A DNA stretch of 63,751 nt, the filler included. It is 4 parts of 4 records of this genome, joined end to end, with 100 filler letters (N's around TTAATTAATTAA, not from the genome) between each part and the next. Parts side by side here need not be neighbours in the genome. Positions count along the whole stretch, not along the records: positions 56,492 to 63,751 come from SRR22947727_5860; 3 more parts are not named here. One strand, written 5' to 3'. A program made the translations under genes and the position numbers. This document shows positions 59,070 through 63,751 of the stretch, piece after piece; the stretch's first letter is position 1; every line of letters begins with the position of its first letter. The notes beneath the pieces were generated by a model. That model was not told where the DNA came from, searched no databases, and saw only the letters and a program-made list of their open reading frames with translations.

Positions 59070-60371
59070 ATGAAACTAATTTTAGAAAGAATTTTTGATC
59101 TTCAAGAAAATAATACAAATATAAAACAAGAGTTTTTAGCTGGTTTTACAACGTTTATTACTATGGCTTATATTATTTTTGTTAACCCTCAAATGATGTC
59201 TGCAAGTGGAATGGATCATGGAGCAAGTTTTGTAGGAACATGTATAGCTGCAGCATTGGCATGCTTTGTAATGGGTTTTTATTCAAACTGGCCAGTAGCA
59301 CTTGCACCAGGAATGGGCCTTAATGCATTCTTTACTTACACCGTTGTTGGTGAAATGGGTTATTCATGGGAAGTTGCACTCGGAGCAGTTTTTTTAGCAG
59401 GTATTTTATTTGTAATAATGAGTGTAACGCCATTGAGAAGATGGATGCTTGATAGTATTCCTTTGAATCTCAGAATAGCTATGGGTTCTGGAGTTGGTCT
59501 TTTTATAGGTTTTATAGGACTAAAAAGTGGAGGAATTATTGTTGCAAATGAAGCAACGTTTGTAAGTTTAGGTAATTTTTTACAAATTGAAACTTTTTTG
59601 TCTGCATTTGGCTTTTTACTTATATCTGTCTTGGCAACAAGAAAGATTTCTGGAGCTATTATTATTGGAGTGCTTATTGTTACTCTGCTTGGTCTTTTAT
59701 TAAATATTGTTGAATATCAAGGGTTGGTTTCATACCCACCAAGCGTTGCTCCAATTTTCTTAAAATTAGATATTTTAGGAGCCCTAGATTTGGCAATGAT
59801 AAGTGTAATAATTTCATTTTTATTTGTTAACCTTTTTGATACGGCAGGTACGCTTTTGGGTGTTGCTCATAGAGCAAAATTAGTTGATCAAAATGGAAAT
59901 ATTAAAAATTTTGACAAGGCTTTAAAAGCAGACAGTACTTCAAGCGTTGCTGGATCATTTTTTGGTTGTGCTCCTGTTACCAGCTATGTTGAGAGCTCAG
60001 CTGGAGTTGAGGCAGGAGGAAGAACAGGTTTGACTGCGGTTGTTGTAGGTTTTCTATTTTTAGTTGCCATTTTCTTCTCCCCTTTAGCTGCTATTGTCCC
60101 TGCTTATGCTACAGCTGGAGCGCTACTATATGTTGCAATTTTAATGTTAAGTGGCATGGAGAAATTAGACTGGTCAGATACAACAGAGCTGCTACCAGCA
60201 TTGATAATGGTAATAATGATTCCGCTTACTTTCTCTATAGCTAATGGAATTGCTTTAGGTTTTATATCTTATGTTGTAATGAAGTTATTTGTTGGGGATG
60301 TGAAAAAAATATCTTCGGGAGCTTGGTTCTTAGCAATCATTTTTATGGCTAAATTTGTATTTCTTCCTTAG
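59070..60371 (+). CDS. NCS2/AzgA-family purine permease
   Basis: EFLAGFTTFITMAYIIFVNP, APGMGLNAFF, FDTAGTL and YVESSAGV..GGRTGLT motifs. Confidence 0.95.
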   Translation: MKLILERIFDLQENNTNIKQEFLAGFTTFITMAYIIFVNPQMMSASGMDHGASFVGTCIAAALACFVMGFYSNWPVALAPGMGLNAFFTYTVVGEMGYSWEVALGAVFLAGILFVIMSVTPLRRWMLDSIPLNLRIAMGSGVGLFIGFIGLKSGGIIVANEATFVSLGNFLQIETFLSAFGFLLISVLATRKISGAIIIGVLIVTLLGLLLNIVEYQGLVSYPPSVAPIFLKLDILGALDLAMISVIISFLFVNLFDTAGTLLGVAHRAKLVDQNGNIKNFDKALKADSTSSVAGSFFGCAPVTSYVESSAGVEAGGRTGLTAVVVGFLFLVAIFFSPLAAIVPAYATAGALLYVAILMLSGMEKLDWSDTTELLPALIMVIMIPLTFSIANGIALGFISYVVMKLFVGDVKKISSGAWFLAIIFMAKFVFLP

Positions 60372-60377
60372 GCATAT

Positions 60378-61133
60378 TTATTTCAAAGTGCTATTTAGAT
60401 AAGCTTTCCATGCGACCTGCTGAAGAAATATTTTATCCTTATCAGAGACTCTATTTAAGTAATTATAAGAAAGCCCTTCTGGTGAAGTTTTTGTAATAAC
60501 AGCAAACACTGTAGCTGCGCCAAGGTATGTTCCAAGCATTCCTGGGTGAGTTCCGTCTGGGTGGTGAAGTTCAATACTGGGGTTTTCTTTGTATGCAATC
60601 TCAAAAGCCTCTCCAACAGGTATAACGGAAGAGCCACTTCTATTAGCGGCTTCATAATATGTTTTTGCTATTCTTTCTATGAGATTTTCTTTATATCTTT
60701 TATCTGCTTTGGTGTAAGCATGTGTCATATAAAGTGCTGTTTTTATTCCTTGTGCCTGGGCTTTAGAACTAAAAGAGTAAGCGGTATCTGAAAATTTCTT
60801 TCTTGATTTTGAGGTCATTACCTCTCCGCTCCCACCTTGCATAATCAAAAGATCAATTTGCTGATCTAACTGAAGATTTTTATGATTCAAAAGGTGGTCT
60901 ACATTATGATTATGAAGCCTAGAACCCCCAATAGTAGCTGACTTTGTTGTAATCTCATTATCATTATAGTGCTCAACAAGCATCCTTTTTACATGATTAT
61001 GGATACTATCATTATAGTAAAGATAACTATTTCCAATAAATAAAATCCTTTTAGGATGGGTGTCTGCAACTAATACTGTTGAAGAAATTAAGAGGGTTAA
61101 AAGAAATACTGCTTTTAATTTTAGGGTATACAT
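60378..61133 (-). CDS. Secreted SGNH-hydrolase-like protein
   Basis: Signal peptide, FIGNSY block I and DGTHP block V. Confidence 0.8.
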   Translation of the reverse strand: MYTLKLKAVFLLTLLISSTVLVADTHPKRILFIGNSYLYYNDSIHNHVKRMLVEHYNDNEITTKSATIGGSRLHNHNVDHLLNHKNLQLDQQIDLLIMQGGSGEVMTSKSRKKFSDTAYSFSSKAQAQGIKTALYMTHAYTKADKRYKENLIERIAKTYYEAANRSGSSVIPVGEAFEIAYKENPSIELHHPDGTHPGMLGTYLGAATVFAVITKTSPEGLSYNYLNRVSDKDKIFLQQVAWKAYLNSTLK

Positions 61134-61138
61134 ATTAA

Positions 61139-62455
61139 TTATGATGACTCAAGTTGGATATTTCTCTCCTCTGCAGCCTTCCAGTCTCTAGGAAGAATTC
61201 TTGATACCACTAAGAAACTTATTAGAGCAGGTATGAAAACAAGATGGGTAACGGTCATAGCCATTCTCATTGCATCTAATTCATTGTAATCAGCCTTAAA
61301 TACATCTATCAACCATCCTGCAAAAGTTGGACCTCCTCCAAGTGCAACCATATTCAAAATAAAGAAAAATAATGCTGTTGACATAGCTCTCATATTTATT
61401 GGAGCAAGTGTTTGTGCAATTGCAAAACTTGGTCCTAAATATATTCCAATGAATAATAAATAAACTGTTGAAAGTATTAGGTTTGCTTCAACAGACTGAA
61501 CCCAATAACTCCATACTCCTAAAGGGAAACATATTGACATAGCTATAGCAGGAAGCCATCCATATGCTCTAATAGTTTTTGCACCCCATTTGTCAGCAAG
61601 CTTTGCACCAAAAAAAGCACCGCCTGCATATGTTGTACCATTCATAATTCCAAGCAAAATAACCATTGTTTTGAAGTCAAAAGATGGATCTAAAGCAATA
61701 AGAAATTTAGTCTGAAAGGCAGAGGAAGCATATGAAACAAAAGAACCAAACGCTATACCAAAACACATGGCCCACCAGGCAGGTATTTTTAACAAAGATT
61801 TAAGAGATTCATTAAAAGGTAGTTTTTTGATTACAGTCGCGCCATCAAGCTCCTGGGCACCTCTTACTGGTTCTTTTAAAGTTAACTTTACAATCCCAGC
61901 TAGTGCTATTCCTGTAATGCCTAGAAAAATAAATATCCTTCTCCAATCCACATCTCCACCAGAGCCCATCAAAGATGCTGTTGCAAAATAAGCAGCCATA
62001 ATTCCAAATGGAATACCCATAGCATAAAAACCAAGAGCCCCTGCCCTTTCTTCTTTTGGATACATGTCTGAAATGATTGAGTGAGATGGAGGGCTTCCAC
62101 CAGCTTCTCCAATTCCAACACCCATTCTTGCTAAGCCTATTTGCCAAAAATTAGATGCCATTCCTGTTAAAGCAGTGAAACCGCTCCAGGTTGCTAAAGC
62201 TATAGATAAAATATTAACTCGACTATATCGATCGGCGAGCCATGCAATAGGAATTGCTATCACTGTATAGAACAACGCAAAAGCAAAGCCGATAAGTAAG
62301 CCCAGTTGAGTATTGGTAAGATCAAGATCTGCTTGGATGAATGGGGCTAGTATTCCTACAATTTGTCGATCAATAAAGTTGAATCCATAAACAACTGTTA
62401 AAAGAACTAAAGCGAAAGATCTATAGCTCTTACTAGGCAAGTTATTTTTACTCAT
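61139..62455 (-). CDS. Spinster-like MFS transporter
   Basis: FNFIDRQI, LADRYSR and RMGVGIGEAG motifs. Confidence 0.9.
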   Translation of the reverse strand: MSKNNLPSKSYRSFALVLLTVVYGFNFIDRQIVGILAPFIQADLDLTNTQLGLLIGFAFALFYTVIAIPIAWLADRYSRVNILSIALATWSGFTALTGMASNFWQIGLARMGVGIGEAGGSPPSHSIISDMYPKEERAGALGFYAMGIPFGIMAAYFATASLMGSGGDVDWRRIFIFLGITGIALAGIVKLTLKEPVRGAQELDGATVIKKLPFNESLKSLLKIPAWWAMCFGIAFGSFVSYASSAFQTKFLIALDPSFDFKTMVILLGIMNGTTYAGGAFFGAKLADKWGAKTIRAYGWLPAIAMSICFPLGVWSYWVQSVEANLILSTVYLLFIGIYLGPSFAIAQTLAPINMRAMSTALFFFILNMVALGGGPTFAGWLIDVFKADYNELDAMRMAMTVTHLVFIPALISFLVVSRILPRDWKAAEERNIQLESS

Positions 62456-62505
62456 ACGAATTAAAAAGTTGTTACATTAACAAAAGTGTAACACCATTAT
62501 ATAAA

Positions 62506-63642
62506 TTACTTTTGAGGGTTTATTAGATATTTTTTACCAGTTGCTTGTTTTGCATACTCTCTAATTATTTCAGGTTGAAGCACTTCCTCTAAAGAAATTT
62601 CTTGAACGTAGTTACTAGCAAAAGTAGTTGTTATCTCTCTTGCAACTCTCGCTCTCATTTCTTGAAATCTCTCCATACCAATTTTTCCGATCATTGGTGT
62701 GAGCAACCAACCGCCAAGACCCCATGACATCCCAAATGCTCTTTTTAGGACAGTTGGAGACTGATCTAACCCGCCATATATATATACCTGTTTATATGTA
62801 TCTGAACCGTATCTGCTATATTCCTTAGCTGTTTTATTTGCTGCAATTTCCATAGCAGCTAATATTTGACCAGGTAGCTCACCATTATTGCCTCCACCAG
62901 TAGCATCAAAACCGAGAGTAGCTCCTGTTTCTACTAATGCATTGACTAAAGTCTTCATGAAATCTGGATCGCTTGTATTACAGATGTATTCAGCACCAAG
63001 ATCTTTTAAAATATCAACTTGCTCTTGCTTCCTAACAATATTTACCAAAGGAATTCCATCATCTTTACATATCTTCACCAGCATTTGACCTAAATTAGAT
63101 GCTGCGGCTGTGTGAACTAGGGCGGTATGATTTTCCATTTTCATAGTTTCAACAAAAGCTAATGCAGTTAATGGGTTTACGAATGATGAAGCAGCTTGTT
63201 GTGAAGTTGTGCCGTCATTCATAACCAAGCAACTAGCAGCTGGTACGCATCTATATTGAGAATACATGGCTCCACCTGCAAGGCCAACAGTTTTACCAAT
63301 AAGGTCTTTAGCATTTACTCCTGCATCTACAATAACTCCTGCGCCCTCATTACCAACAGGCATAGATTCATCTAGTCTAGGTTTTAAAGTATTCATAAAA
63401 GCTGGATGGACTGGCATTTTTGCCACAGTATCATCACCAGAGCCTGTTACATTAATATTTTGTACGTCTGCTGCAAAACTAAGCAAAAGACCAAGATCTG
63501 AAGGGTTGATAGGGGATGCTTGGACCTCTATAAGAACCTCATCGTCGCCTGGAACTGGTTTATCAACTTTTGCGATAGAGATTTCAATATTTCCTTCACT
63601 TGTTGCTTTTGATCTTATTTCTTTTGAATATTGTTCTGACAT
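62506..63642 (-). CDS. MDR-family (zinc-independent) enoyl/NAD(P)H oxidoreductase
   Basis: SPINPSD, GNEGAG, SSFVNPLTA and TAAASNLG motifs. Start at MSEQY. Confidence 0.88.
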   Translation of the reverse strand: MSEQYSKEIRSKATSEGNIEISIAKVDKPVPGDDEVLIEVQASPINPSDLGLLLSFAADVQNINVTGSGDDTVAKMPVHPAFMNTLKPRLDESMPVGNEGAGVIVDAGVNAKDLIGKTVGLAGGAMYSQYRCVPAASCLVMNDGTTSQQAASSFVNPLTALAFVETMKMENHTALVHTAAASNLGQMLVKICKDDGIPLVNIVRKQEQVDILKDLGAEYICNTSDPDFMKTLVNALVETGATLGFDATGGGNNGELPGQILAAMEIAANKTAKEYSRYGSDTYKQVYIYGGLDQSPTVLKRAFGMSWGLGGWLLTPMIGKIGMERFQEMRARVAREITTTFASNYVQEISLEEVLQPEIIREYAKQATGKKYLINPQK

Positions 63643-63751
63643 AACTTTCCCCTTATTAATATGAAATTCGTATTTATGAAACAATATAGACTAAGGAATG
63701 ATAATAGCAAGTAGACAATTAAATCATACTAGTATATAAAATCATACTATG

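Noticed and set aside
1-63751. CRISPR arrays, tRNA/rRNA genes, IS elements, inteins and metabolite riboswitches
   Set aside because: None recognised by eye. Intergenic gaps lack the patterns and DnaB is normal length. A covariance-model scan could still find weak RNAs.

Overview
This window is not one chromosome. It is four unrelated contigs joined by identical 100-bp artificial spacers (44 N + TTAATTAATTAA + 44 N) at 27627-27726, 45974-46073 and 56392-56491. Contig 1 (1-27626) looks like a marine Rhodobacterales/Roseobacter-group genome. It carries a cuckoo-type anti-Shine-Dalgarno sRNA, housekeeping genes (hisI, gluQ, trmFO, queA, lpdA, ppx, rlmE), a bactofilin-M23 pair, a methyl-THF/cobalamin C1 cluster and a carnitine catabolism operon. 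It also holds a ~1 kb siphophage tail remnant that still shows the G-T -1 frameshift signal. Contig 2 (27727-45973) is a marine gammaproteobacterium (xseB-ispA, pgpA-thiL-nusB-ribD-nrdR-glyA, ettA, radA-dnaB-rplI-rpsR-rpsF, rlmB-rnr). Between ettA and radA sits an integron-like cassette array without an intact integrase: two attC sites, a HEPN-motif cassette, a mutated attI-like core and a possible intI ghost. Contig 3 (46074-56391) is a marine Synechococcus-like cyanobacterium (tsf-rpsB, devBCA, pcyA, M16 peptidases, sipA, bioY, lspA, FHA-PBP) with an uncalled 51-aa basic ORF. Contig 4 (56492-63751) is an AT-rich, SAR86-like gammaproteobacterium with a sigma54-type promoter before a TonB-dependent receptor that is divergent from an AzgA/NCS2 purine permease. 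No rRNA, tRNA or CRISPR array was seen. Taxonomic labels and family calls come from recognised motifs and gene order, not from database searches.
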